This document shows, in pieces, positions 37,151-46,270 of a stretch of DNA of 64,000 bases. How positions within the stretch are numbered: the stretch's first letter is position 1; each line of letters starts with the position of its first letter. The notes below the pieces were generated by a model. The model searched no databases, had not been told where the DNA came from, and saw only the letters and a program-made list of their open reading frames with translations. Both the position numbers and the translations under genes were made by a program. Origin of the DNA: an uncultured bacterium (GTDB taxonomy: Bacteria > Patescibacteriota > Minisyncoccia > Phycocordibacterales > UBA9973); NCBI GenBank assembly GCA_937903035.1, contig CALCZP010000008.1, positions 21,551 through 85,550 of the forward strand. The letters are read 5' to 3'.

Positions 37151-38071
37151 ATGACATACGATCTCATCATTATTGGCGGTGGCCCTGCAGGATGTGCCGC
37201 AGCCGTCTACGCAGCACGCAAGCAGCTCAAGACCCTCATGGTGGTGTATGAGTTTGGTGGTCAATCAAGCGTCTCAGATACAATCTACAACTGGATCGGC
37301 ACACCTCAAATAAGCGGTGCAGACCTTGCCAAAAACCTCAAAGAGCATGCACTTTCATATAAGGGTGACTATCTTGATGTTATTGAATCAAAAAATGTAA
37401 CTCGTATTACAAAAAATGGTGGAGACTTTACGATCGCTACCGATAGCAACGATTCCTATGAAGCTCGAGCAGTACTGATTACGAGTGGTTCTGGTCGTCG
37501 TAAGCTTACCATTCCAGGTGCAGACGCATTTGATAATAAAGGTGTTATGTATTGTGCAACATGTGACGGCCCCCTCTTTTCTGACATGCCTGTTGCAGTG
37601 ATCGGTGGTGGTAATGCGGCACTCGAAGCAGTGCTGCAGCTTGCACAATATACTGCCCATGTGACACTTCTTCACCGAAGTGAGTCATTTCGTGCCGATG
37701 CCATCACCGTCAAGCGCGTCGAAGCGCTTCCAAACGTCACCCTCAAGAGAAATATTGAGCTTATGGAAATCACTGGTGAAGGATTTGTAAATGGTATTAC
37801 ATTCAAAGAACATGGTGAGACCATCCATCTTCCGGTGAATGGTGTCTTTGTTGAAATCGGACAGATTCCCAATACCGATCTTGCACAACAAGTTGCTAAT
37901 ATTGATGAATATAAAAAAATCGTCGTTGACCCAATAAATCAGCGCACCAAGACCGATGGAATATGGGCTGCTGGTGACTGTACCAACGGACTCTACCACC
38001 AAAACAACATTGCTGCAGGCGATGCCATCAAAGCCGTCGAAGACCTCTATATTTGGCTCAAGACCCGATAG
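37151..38071 (+). CDS. trxB: thioredoxin reductase (TrxB/AhpF-C-like)
   Basis: GGGPAG, CATCDG, GGGNAA and AAGD motifs. Confidence 0.9.
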   Translation: MTYDLIIIGGGPAGCAAAVYAARKQLKTLMVVYEFGGQSSVSDTIYNWIGTPQISGADLAKNLKEHALSYKGDYLDVIESKNVTRITKNGGDFTIATDSNDSYEARAVLITSGSGRRKLTIPGADAFDNKGVMYCATCDGPLFSDMPVAVIGGGNAALEAVLQLAQYTAHVTLLHRSESFRADAITVKRVEALPNVTLKRNIELMEITGEGFVNGITFKEHGETIHLPVNGVFVEIGQIPNTDLAQQVANIDEYKKIVVDPINQRTKTDGIWAAGDCTNGLYHQNNIAAGDAIKAVEDLYIWLKTR

Positions 38072-38109
38072 CTATTGACTTTCATTTAAATAACTGATTT
38101 AATTCAAAA

Positions 38110-38249
38110 AGAATTTGATGGGTTAGTACCTGTTGCATGACTCCAATGGGAGGTGCAGCAGGTTTTATCAAACTGTTTTTTATAGATATACGGGTTAGTA
38201 AGCTTGTGTTTTTTTGTGAGAGCCGCTCCAGTACTGGAGCGGCTTTTTT
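38110..38249 (+). ncRNA. candidate ~140-nt small RNA
   Basis: TTGACT-N17-TTTAAT promoter; long G-U-containing hairpin at 38114-38172; terminator at 38221-38249. Confidence 0.45.
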
Positions 38250-39117
38250 ATTTTGGAAACTCTGTACTGAGTTGAGCTGATTGGTAAAACAATGTCCCAA
38301 GCAAGCCAAACTTGTAGTCTTTACCACCAAGGGTGATTACTGATCCTGCAATTTTTGGATCATTATTCGGATGTGATGCATTGAAGCCAAGATTAAAAAG
38401 TGTTACGAGCACATCAGGCCGTGTACTCACGTCATAGCCACTTGCCCGCCACTGCGCCTGTATTTCCTTGAGGTAGATCGCCGTATACAGATATGAATAG
38501 TAGTGATTGTGTGCATCAGTGAGACGGTTGTAGAGCTCAGTGTCACGATCTACACCATCAGGGTATGCAATGAGCGCAGCAATACTATCACCCGGATAGA
38601 ACACACTCGCTGGATCATTTGCATACTCCTCAATGCGTCGTGCGGTCTCTTGCTTAATACCAGAAATCCCGAGTGAAAACTTTGACATACTTGAGAGAAT
38701 CTTGAGTGGTTCAAAATACTTTTTGAAGCTTTCACGATTGGCAGTGAAATATCTGAGCTGCTCAGGTATAACTGCAGACACGATCATACGTTCAGAGACT
38801 CCTGTCTGACTCGCTACTTTTTCAACGACTTCAGCATCTTTGAGCAACGCACTTTTGACCACGCTCCACTCTGCGGTACTTGCCCAGTCACACGGCGCAG
38901 TCGTCCGACTCTCACCAAGACAATGGTTGGGGTTGTCAGTCGTTGGCAGTGCCCCAAACGATGCATTGCGCTCGATGCTTGAACCTTTCACGTTCAGTAG
39001 GCCAAACTGCATCGCGACAAACACGGCAGTAAATCCAATACCGATCAGTGCAAATACGAGCATGGTACAAGCGATGATTTTCTGGAGAAGTGAAAGGGAT
39101 TTCAGGAGTCGTTTCAT
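38248..39117 (-). CDS. membrane-anchored hypothetical protein (lysozyme-like fold possible)
   Basis: N-terminal TM; EQLR...RE..K..F, SLG..GIK..TA and TL.NLG patterns. Confidence 0.75.
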   Translation of the reverse strand: MKRLLKSLSLLQKIIACTMLVFALIGIGFTAVFVAMQFGLLNVKGSSIERNASFGALPTTDNPNHCLGESRTTAPCDWASTAEWSVVKSALLKDAEVVEKVASQTGVSERMIVSAVIPEQLRYFTANRESFKKYFEPLKILSSMSKFSLGISGIKQETARRIEEYANDPASVFYPGDSIAALIAYPDGVDRDTELYNRLTDAHNHYYSYLYTAIYLKEIQAQWRASGYDVSTRPDVLVTLFNLGFNASHPNNDPKIAGSVITLGGKDYKFGLLGTLFYQSAQLSTEFPK

Positions 39118-39160
39118 TGGGCCTTATTGTACTGATATCGGCATATTTTGCAAAATGATC

Positions 39161-39541
39161 AAAAAAACAAAAGACTGTATCACTTCTCAGGTGACACAGC
39201 CTCTGCCGTATATTTATCTTCGGTTTTTCGAGTGTGACACATTCACCATGTCCTACTATTCCTTGAGGGGGGCAAGTAGTTTTAACCTCATAGGGTATCA
39301 AGAGTTGGCAGAATAATAATCATAATGCCATCAATATACTTACAGATGAGTTTTAACATCATCCATCGCGGGCCATATACCTCTTTGAGAATATAGGTTG
39401 TGTGATCAATCTATATTTTCAAAGCACCATGATACTCTTGAATTTCAGTCGAGTATTGCTACTGGTTCTAATTTTCAAGGGTATCCCTGATGAGCCGTGC
39501 GGGGTTTACTTGTAACTTCTCCCTTTCACAGTTGAAATTAC
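39161..39541 (-). ncRNA. stand-alone ~380-nt structured RNA of unknown class
   Basis: TGaTATACT promoter at 39548-39556; multiple nested stems; terminator at 39175-39199 plus U-tract; no internal ORF >=60 aa. Confidence 0.65.
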
Positions 39542-39581
39542 TCATTGAGTATATCAGTACGCTAAAGAAGTCCGCAACTGA

Positions 39582-39845
39582 TTATTTTAAATCAGCGACC
39601 TGAATCGGACTTTGGATCGTTGGTGGTGTCATATCAATCTCACCATACGTCTTTTCGTATGTTTGAACCTGTGACATCATCCATCCTGCAATACTTTTCA
39701 TGATCTGCGGTGTGGTCGCAAAGGTCTCAAGCTGATTGCCAGAAGTCATTGCAAACGTAAAGACATCCTTGCCGTGACCACCAATGGCGCCATCACAAAA
39801 TTTCTTGGGGAGCTGGTTTAAGTCGAGCGTTGTTGGATCAATCAT
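39582..39845 (-). CDS. DUF3467-like small protein
   Basis: F.F...SG......TP..MK.....L/M...V..YEK.YGEI pattern. Confidence 0.7.
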   Translation of the reverse strand: MIDPTTLDLNQLPKKFCDGAIGGHGKDVFTFAMTSGNQLETFATTPQIMKSIAGWMMSQVQTYEKTYGEIDMTPPTIQSPIQVADLK

Positions 39846-39875
39846 AAATTGATTGTACCACGCATAGCATTTTTG

Positions 39876-39947
39876 TGACCCTACGGGGAATCGAACCCCG
39901 ATTAACGGCTTGAAAAGCCGGCGTCCTAACCGTTAGACGATAGGGCC
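39876..39947 (-). tRNA. tRNA-Glu(TTC)
   Basis: GGCCCTA/TAGGGTC acceptor; loop TTTTCAA; GGTTCGATTCC. Confidence 0.95.
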
Positions 39948-39985
39948 AAGTGACGATATTGTACCAACTTATCTCAAAAAATCAA

Positions 39986-40017
39986 ATGACCCACTTTTCT
40001 TTTGAAAAGTGGGTCAT
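39986..40017. terminator. terminator hairpin
   Basis: atgacccacttttc-ttt-gaaaagtgggtcat. Confidence 0.8.
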
Positions 40018-40021
40018 GGCA

Positions 40022-40471
40022 TTAATTTACACAAACAGATTCAACGGGTTGGACTATCCTCTCTGTACCTTCCTTATTGTAAGCAATTTCACAAATTGAG
40101 GAAGGTTGAAGACCTTTCTTCCCGTACTCACGAACACTGTATCCAGCATTTAGAAACTCTTTATTGAGTATCCTTTTTTCCTTTTCTGGCACAAGAATAA
40201 GCACTTTATCTTGATAGCGAACCATTTCTTCCATAAATGAAACAAATCTATCGCCGGCACACATTGTTGCCCAAGTATATGCATCATTTTTTGAACCATC
40301 AAAGAGGATCAACTGAATAGTATGGTCTTTGTCAGACCGTAATACACGGATTACCTCATTGGGTAATTCAAGTAATTTTGATTTTTTTGAACGAAGTAGA
40401 TAATCATGAAAAATGTTCTGGACACTGTATGTCACGAACATCACATTTGTAACCATACATACTTTTTTCAT
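40022..40471 (-). CDS. AT-rich hypothetical protein with degenerate receiver-like fold
   Basis: KKVCMV...IQLILFDG pattern; own TTGCTT-N16-TATAGT promoter. Confidence 0.6.
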   Translation of the reverse strand: MKKVCMVTNVMFVTYSVQNIFHDYLLRSKKSKLLELPNEVIRVLRSDKDHTIQLILFDGSKNDAYTWATMCAGDRFVSFMEEMVRYQDKVLILVPEKEKRILNKEFLNAGYSVREYGKKGLQPSSICEIAYNKEGTERIVQPVESVCVN

Positions 40472-40564
40472 AGTGGTTTATTTTTATTAACTATACCATA
40501 TTTGACAAAAAAAGCAAGTTATTGCACTTTATACATTTTGTATGATACATTTTCCCTACCACTC

Positions 40565-40638
40565 GCGCGGTTAGCTCATATGGTTAGAGCGCAGCATTGA
40601 CATTGCTGAGGTGAGAGGTTCGATCCCTCTACCGTGCA
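40565..40638 (+). tRNA. tRNA-Val(GAC)
   Basis: GCGCGGT/ACCGTGC acceptor; CAGCA-TTGACAT-TGCTG; GGTTCGATCC. Confidence 0.95.
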
Positions 40639-40640
40639 CA

Positions 40641-40838
40641 TATACAAACAAAGTCTCCATACTCTGGAGGCTTTTTTGTATACACGCCTAGAGTATAAGA
40701 TCGAACCGATAGGCGCCTGTTTGTAAGGAGTGAAGCGACTATACAAACAGTGCGTTTCGACTGGAGTTTATGAAAGGAGAAGCGATCCCTATGTGCACAA
40801 AAAAAACCTGATTTACACTTTTGTAAGTCAGGTTTTTT
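40641..40838. repeat. tRNA-Val-associated composite element
   Basis: Hairpin, inverted tRNA 3' copy, core hairpin, direct tRNA 3' copy, terminator. Confidence 0.7.
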
Positions 40839-40842
40839 GCTT

Positions 40843-41436
40843 TCATACATTTGCAGCAAGAATAGCGTTATACATTTCGTTTGCAGCAGCATCTGCTAAA
40901 ACATCTTCCCCATACTCTATTGGAGTACCGAGTTCAATCATTTTTGCTGTACGTTTTACATCTTCCATTTTACGAAGACCTTGCTCTTCAGGAGTATCAC
41001 GATTACGCCCTAACACCCTCTCATCAAGAGTTTTTAGTGGAACGTGAAGTCTGAATATCAAGCAAGCATCTTTGCCAATAGATTGCTGTATTGCTTCAGC
41101 ACCATTTGCTTCAACATCATACAATGTAATGATGCCAGCACTTTTGTTGGCAAAAAATTGATCGTGAGGTGAACCATACCAGTTGCCTGCATAATAATCA
41201 GTTTCAATGTAGTATCCCGCTTCTTTTCTTCTTTGAAATTCTTCTAAAGAAATGAAGTTGTAATGGATTCCATTAATTTCACCATCCTTTTGAGGGCGAG
41301 TAGTATCAGAAACTGATAACTTTAACTGAATTTCTTTATGAATATCAGCAAAACTAATCAATACTTTTGCTACAGTACCTTTTCCAGCACCTGAGCGGGC
41401 AATAATCATAACTGCCAGAATTTTGGGTTTTTTCAT
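40843..41436 (-). CDS. gmk: guanylate kinase-like protein
   Basis: SGAGKGT, SVSDTTRP..GE..G.HYNFIS.EEF and GNWYGS motifs; AT-rich with own promoter. Confidence 0.8.
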   Translation of the reverse strand: MKKPKILAVMIIARSGAGKGTVAKVLISFADIHKEIQLKLSVSDTTRPQKDGEINGIHYNFISLEEFQRRKEAGYYIETDYYAGNWYGSPHDQFFANKSAGIITLYDVEANGAEAIQQSIGKDACLIFRLHVPLKTLDERVLGRNRDTPEEQGLRKMEDVKRTAKMIELGTPIEYGEDVLADAAANEMYNAILAANV

Positions 41437-41506
41437 TGTACAAAAAGTTTTTTACAACAGTACCATATCTTGGATTTTGGTCAATATTTTGGTAGGATGA
41501 GTTCCT

Positions 41507-42679
41507 ATGAACATCCTCGCCATCGAGACTAGCTGCGACGAGACCGGTATTACTATCCTCACCCACAATGGAGGATTTGAGATCATCCTGGCAGGCAATG
41601 CGCTCGCCTCACAGATCGATATTCACGCTGCATACGGCGGAGTCTTCCCTGCGTTGGCAAAACGCGCACACGCAGAAAAAATTGTTCCACTGATGGTTGA
41701 AGCTCTGACCCAAGCAGGTCTCTATAGCGAGACTGATACGATGTTTGGTACTGATAGCAAACAGATCATCGCCGACCTCTGCACCAAAGACATCGATCTC
41801 GCAATCCATCTCGAAGCATTCCTCAACGCTGTCGCAAAGCCAGACATCGACTATATCGCAGTTACTGTCGGCCCCGGACTTGAGCCAGCACTGTGGGTTG
41901 GCGTCAATACTGCCAAAGTCCTCGGCAAGCTCTGGAATATCCCCGTCATACCGATCAACCATATGGAAGGTCACATCGTCACTGCCGCAGTTGAAAAGAC
42001 TGGCGAGACAACGTACCGATTTGCAGATCTCGCATTCCCTACACTCGCACTCCTCGTCTCAGGTGGTCATACCGAGCTTGTCCTCGCAGAAGGCTTTGGT
42101 CAGTATCAAAAGATCGGGCAAACTCGTGATGACGCTGTTGGTGAGGCGTTCGACAAAGTCGCTCGTGTGCTCGGACTGCCATACCCAGGAGGTCCCGCTG
42201 TATCAAAACTTGCAGCACAATTTAGAGAGAAAAATATACCAAACGAATTCACGCTTCCTCGCCCGATGCTTCACTCAGGTGACTATGCGTTTTCATTCTC
42301 TGGTATCAAGACTGCTGTGCTCTATGCAGCACGTGATGCAGGTGAGCTCAATGATGACCAAAAGATGGCACTTGCAAGCGAATTTGAAACTGCCGCAATC
42401 GAAGTCCTCGTGAAAAAAACCATCAAGGCAGCAGCTGAATATCATGCACAGACTATCATCGTCGGTGGTGGTGTGGCTGGTAATACGTATTTGCGTAGCG
42501 AGCTCGCCAAAGCAGTAGCAGAAAAACTTCCACAAACCACTGTACTCTTTCCTGAGCCATGGCTCGCGACTGACAATGCCGTCATGATCGGCCTTGCCGC
42601 AATGACACAAGCCCTCGGCAACAACATTCAAACAAGAGATCCTGAAATCCTCAAGGCGAATGGAAATTTAAGCTTATAA
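41507..42679 (+). CDS. tsaD: tRNA N6-adenosine threonylcarbamoyltransferase
   Basis: IETSCDET, HMEGH, SGGHT, DDAVGEAFDK, FSFSG.KT and TDNA.M motifs. Confidence 0.97.
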   Translation: MNILAIETSCDETGITILTHNGGFEIILAGNALASQIDIHAAYGGVFPALAKRAHAEKIVPLMVEALTQAGLYSETDTMFGTDSKQIIADLCTKDIDLAIHLEAFLNAVAKPDIDYIAVTVGPGLEPALWVGVNTAKVLGKLWNIPVIPINHMEGHIVTAAVEKTGETTYRFADLAFPTLALLVSGGHTELVLAEGFGQYQKIGQTRDDAVGEAFDKVARVLGLPYPGGPAVSKLAAQFREKNIPNEFTLPRPMLHSGDYAFSFSGIKTAVLYAARDAGELNDDQKMALASEFETAAIEVLVKKTIKAAAEYHAQTIIVGGGVAGNTYLRSELAKAVAEKLPQTTVLFPEPWLATDNAVMIGLAAMTQALGNNIQTRDPEILKANGNLSL

Positions 42680-42695
42680 TTGGTACTATCTAGCA

Positions 42696-44861
42696 ATGGA
42701 ACAATCTTCTATCCCTGAAAAGCTTTTGAAGCCCTACGATCCTGTGACCGAGGAATCCCGTTTGTATAAAAAATGGGAAGACTCAGGCTACTTCACTCCT
42801 GAAAACATGATGAAGGACGGACTCACGAAGTCTGACGCAACACCATATACTATTATCCTCCCACCACCAAACGTCACAGGTCACCTTCACATGGGTCACG
42901 CAATGATGCTCACGATCCAGGACATCCTCATCCGCTACAAACGTATGCAAGGCTATCGCACGCTCTGGCTCCCTGGTACTGACCATGCAGCGATCGCAAC
43001 ACAATCCAAAGTTGAAAAAGAAATTCAAAAAAAGGAAGGCAAATCCCGCTTTGATCTCGGACGCGAAGAACTCCTCGCACGGGTGAGCGCATTTGCCGCA
43101 GACAGTCATGACACCATCGTGAGTCAAATGAAAGCAATGGGTGCATCATGCGACTGGACACGCGAAGCATTTACACTCGATGAACAAAGAACGCGTGCAG
43201 TCCGCACGGTATTCAAGTCTATGTATGATGACGGACTCATCTATCGCGGTCACCGTATTGTGAACTGGGATCCCAAAGGCCAGACCACGATCAGTGACGA
43301 CGAGATCGTGCACGAAGCGCGCAAGGCGACACTCTACACCTTTAAATACTCTGCGGACTTCCCCATCGCAATCTCTACCACCCGACCTGAAACCAAAGTC
43401 GGTGATGTTGCTGTCGCAGTCCACCCGACTGATGAGCGCTATACCGAGTATGTAGGACGCGAATACGACGCAGTGTTCTGTGGTGTGCCAATCCATATCA
43501 AGGTCATTGCAGATGAAGCGGTAGAAAAAGACTTTGGTACTGGCGCGCTTGGTGTCACACCTGCACATAGCCCGATCGACTGGGAAATGGCTGACCGACA
43601 TGATCTGCCTCGCCCACAAGTCATCAACGAGTATGCCAAGATGACCGTCGGTGATGAGCGCCTCATGGGCAAAAAAGTGCTTGAAGCACGTGAGACTATC
43701 GTTGCCTGGCTCCGTGACGAAGGTTTGATCGAAAAAGAAGAAATCAATGATCAAAATGTGGCAACTGCAGAGCGCACTGGTGGCATCATCGAACCACTTC
43801 CAAAACTCCAGTGGTTCATCAACGTGAACAAACCTATCGCCGCACGTGATGGCAAAACACTCAAAGAGCTTATGCAAGAAGCTATTCGCGTAGATGATAT
43901 AAAGATCGTTCCTGAGTATTTTGAAAAAGTATATTTTCACTGGATCGACAATCTCCGCGACTGGTGTATCTCTCGTCAGATTTGGTACGGACACCGCATA
44001 CCAGTCTGGTACAAAGGAGATCAGATCTATACAGGTATTGAAGCACCGACTGGTGATGAGTGGTCACAGGACGAAGATACACTCGACACCTGGTTCTCGT
44101 CAGGACTTTGGACATTCTCAACACTTGGTTGGCCAGAGCAGACAGAAGACTTGCAGATATATCATCCGACCGACGTACTTGAGACTGGGTATGACATTTT
44201 GCCATTCTGGGTTGCACGCATGATACTCATGACAAAGTACGCACTCAATACTATTCCGTTTAAGACAGTGTATTTCCACGGCCTTGTTCGTGATCAAAAG
44301 GGACAAAAAATGTCCAAATCCCTCGGCAATGCAATGGACCCACTCGATATCGCGGCAAAGTATGGCGCTGATGCAGGACGCATGGCACTCATTCTTGGTA
44401 CTGCTCCTGGTACTGACTCTAAAATCTCTGAAGATAAGATCAAAGGACAGAAACACTTTGCCAACAAGCTCTGGAATATCACGCGCTTTGTCCTCTCAAA
44501 CTATGATGACTCATCAAAGGATGCAATCTACACAACTGACGACCAGACACTCTATGACGAATGGAAGGCTGTTGCAGCAAGTATGACTACTGATATCGAT
44601 CAGTTCCGTCTCCATATCGCTGCAGAAAGTATTTACCAATACATTTGGACAACATTTGCTGACAAGATATTGGAAAGTAGCAAGCCAATCCTTGCGGGTG
44701 AAGATATATCCGCAAAAGCATCACGACAGAAACTCCTCATGGAACTCCTCGCCGGCAACCTCGTACTACTGCATCCATTTATGCCATTTGTGACTGAATC
44801 TATCTGGGAAATGCTTCCAAATCGAGGTACACTACTCATGACTTCGTCATGGCCTCACTAA
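42696..44861 (+). CDS. valS: valyl-tRNA synthetase, compact, without the C-terminal coiled coil
   Basis: PPPNVTG.LHMGH, DWCISRQ.W.GH, DTWFSS and KMSKS motifs. Confidence 0.96.
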   Translation: MEQSSIPEKLLKPYDPVTEESRLYKKWEDSGYFTPENMMKDGLTKSDATPYTIILPPPNVTGHLHMGHAMMLTIQDILIRYKRMQGYRTLWLPGTDHAAIATQSKVEKEIQKKEGKSRFDLGREELLARVSAFAADSHDTIVSQMKAMGASCDWTREAFTLDEQRTRAVRTVFKSMYDDGLIYRGHRIVNWDPKGQTTISDDEIVHEARKATLYTFKYSADFPIAISTTRPETKVGDVAVAVHPTDERYTEYVGREYDAVFCGVPIHIKVIADEAVEKDFGTGALGVTPAHSPIDWEMADRHDLPRPQVINEYAKMTVGDERLMGKKVLEARETIVAWLRDEGLIEKEEINDQNVATAERTGGIIEPLPKLQWFINVNKPIAARDGKTLKELMQEAIRVDDIKIVPEYFEKVYFHWIDNLRDWCISRQIWYGHRIPVWYKGDQIYTGIEAPTGDEWSQDEDTLDTWFSSGLWTFSTLGWPEQTEDLQIYHPTDVLETGYDILPFWVARMILMTKYALNTIPFKTVYFHGLVRDQKGQKMSKSLGNAMDPLDIAAKYGADAGRMALILGTAPGTDSKISEDKIKGQKHFANKLWNITRFVLSNYDDSSKDAIYTTDDQTLYDEWKAVAASMTTDIDQFRLHIAAESIYQYIWTTFADKILESSKPILAGEDISAKASRQKLLMELLAGNLVLLHPFMPFVTESIWEMLPNRGTLLMTSSWPH

Positions 44862-45553
44862 TCCAAGGACAACTCAGCTTCGCCATACTAACCGGACTTG
44901 TACCGTCATTGATATGGTTGTACTTCTGGCACCATATTGATCGCAAAAACAAAGAGCCGATGGGTCTACTCATCCTGTGTTTTGTGCTTGGTGGTGTGAG
45001 TGTACTACTCGCAACACCACTTCAGGCATTCACGAAAAATTTGAGTAGTGACCCTACCGTACGTATCGCGATCTGGGCAGGGATTGAGGAGCTCCTCAAG
45101 TTTATTGTCTTTTATCTGATTGCATACAAGAGCGACTATGATGACGAAGCTATTGATCCACCGCTCTACCTGATCACGGTCGCACTTGGCTTTGCGGCAG
45201 TTGAAAATATCTTTTACCTCATGCAGCCGACTGCAAACTTCAACGTGACCGCCACACTCCTCACGGGCGGGATGCGTTTTTTTGGATCATCACTCCTTCA
45301 TACGATTGCGAGCTGCTTTGTGGGTATTTCGATCAGTCTGTCATCACACAGGCTTCGTCGTTTCGGTATTTTGATCGGACTTGCAGGTGCGACGTTCTTG
45401 CATACAACGTTTAACTTTTTTATACTAAAGAACGACGCTACCAGCTTTATCAAAACGTACGGATATCTCTGGGTCGCTGCTATTATTAGTCATGTTATCC
45501 TTGAGAAACTCCGACGTGTCCCTCTCAAAGAATCAACCGTACAACCAACATGA
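44849..45553 (+). CDS. prsW: PrsW-family intramembrane metalloprotease
   Basis: EE..K, GFA..EN, H and H..FN motifs. Confidence 0.88.
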   Translation: MASLIQGQLSFAILTGLVPSLIWLYFWHHIDRKNKEPMGLLILCFVLGGVSVLLATPLQAFTKNLSSDPTVRIAIWAGIEELLKFIVFYLIAYKSDYDDEAIDPPLYLITVALGFAAVENIFYLMQPTANFNVTATLLTGGMRFFGSSLLHTIASCFVGISISLSSHRLRRFGILIGLAGATFLHTTFNFFILKNDATSFIKTYGYLWVAAIISHVILEKLRRVPLKESTVQPT

Positions 45554-46044
45554 AAAAAGGATCATTTTTTAAGCGACTCACAGGTTCTCTCAGCTTTAGT
45601 GAGGATGAAGAACAGCTCGATGGAGCTACTCCAAAAGAAGATAGTGCACCAAAACGTGACATACCTGTTATCTCAAGTGATGGCGAACGATTAAGCACCC
45701 AAACTGATGAAGAAATCGGCGAACTCCCCGTCGACGTCTATGAGACTAACAATGAAATTATTATTCAGACACTCATTTCTGGTGTCACGCCCGATCATCT
45801 TACCATCAACATCACTCGTGACATGGTGACCATCACTGGCAAGCGTGAAGAGAACAAGCATATCTCAGATGATAGCTATCACGTACGAGAGCTCTATTGG
45901 GGCTCATTTGGCCGCCAGGTAGCACTTCCTGTCGAAGTCGATATAGATGAAGCAGAAGCTATCGAACGCCACGGTATGCTCATCATCAAGCTCCCCAAGA
46001 TTGACAAAGCCCGCAAAGCTGCACTGAAAGTAAAGTCTATCTAA
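45550..46044 (+). CDS. Hsp20/alpha-crystallin family protein
   Basis: VDVYET, E.YWG.F.R.V.LP and G.L.IKLPK motifs. Confidence 0.92.
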   Translation: MKKGSFFKRLTGSLSFSEDEEQLDGATPKEDSAPKRDIPVISSDGERLSTQTDEEIGELPVDVYETNNEIIIQTLISGVTPDHLTINITRDMVTITGKREENKHISDDSYHVRELYWGSFGRQVALPVEVDIDEAEAIERHGMLIIKLPKIDKARKAALKVKSI

Positions 46045-46050
46045 ATGAAA

Positions 46051-46084
46051 TAAAAACACTCCGTTTGTAGCGGAGTGTTTTTAT
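46051..46084. terminator. bidirectional terminator
   Basis: taaaaacactccg-N7-cggagtgttttta. Confidence 0.85.
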
Positions 46085-46090
46085 TTTTTG

Positions 46091-46144
46091 TACTCAGAAC
46101 CAGGACTCAAATGTGACACTATTCCCATTCAGAGGATGCAACTA
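46091..46144 (-). pseudogene. degenerate tandem copy of the 3' two-thirds of tRNA-Phe
   Basis: tactcagaaccagg..gtgacac..ttccc.ttcagagga.tgc aligns to the tRNA at 46151-46204. Confidence 0.75.
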
Positions 46145-46150
46145 TTGTTG

Positions 46151-46223
46151 TGCTCAGAACCAGGCTCGAACTGGTGACCCTTCCCTCTTCAGGGGAATGC
46201 TCTACCAACTGAGCTATCTGAGC
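46151..46223 (-). tRNA. tRNA-Phe(GAA)
   Basis: GCTCAGA/TCTGAGC acceptor; TTCCC-CTGAAGA-GGGAA; CAGTTCGAGCCTG. Confidence 0.95.
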
Positions 46224-46270
46224 AGTTGGTGGTCCCTATTTTATACACGAAAACGGCTTTTCAGGCAAGA

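Noticed and set aside
38110-38249. SRP (4.5S) RNA
   Set aside because: Lacks the CAGG...GNRA...AGCAG helix-8 symmetric loop
39161-39541. RNase P RNA, tmRNA or group I/II intron identity
   Set aside because: No GAGGAAAGTCC or ACAGAAnnCGGC, no tRNA-like ends or tag ORF; GAGCCGTGCG on the + strand does not complete a domain V hairpin
43146-43994. Long antisense or alternative-frame ORFs (282 aa opposite valS; also 41745-42413 and 24942-25502)
   Set aside because: Fully inside conserved genes and without motifs; best explained as codon-bias shadows
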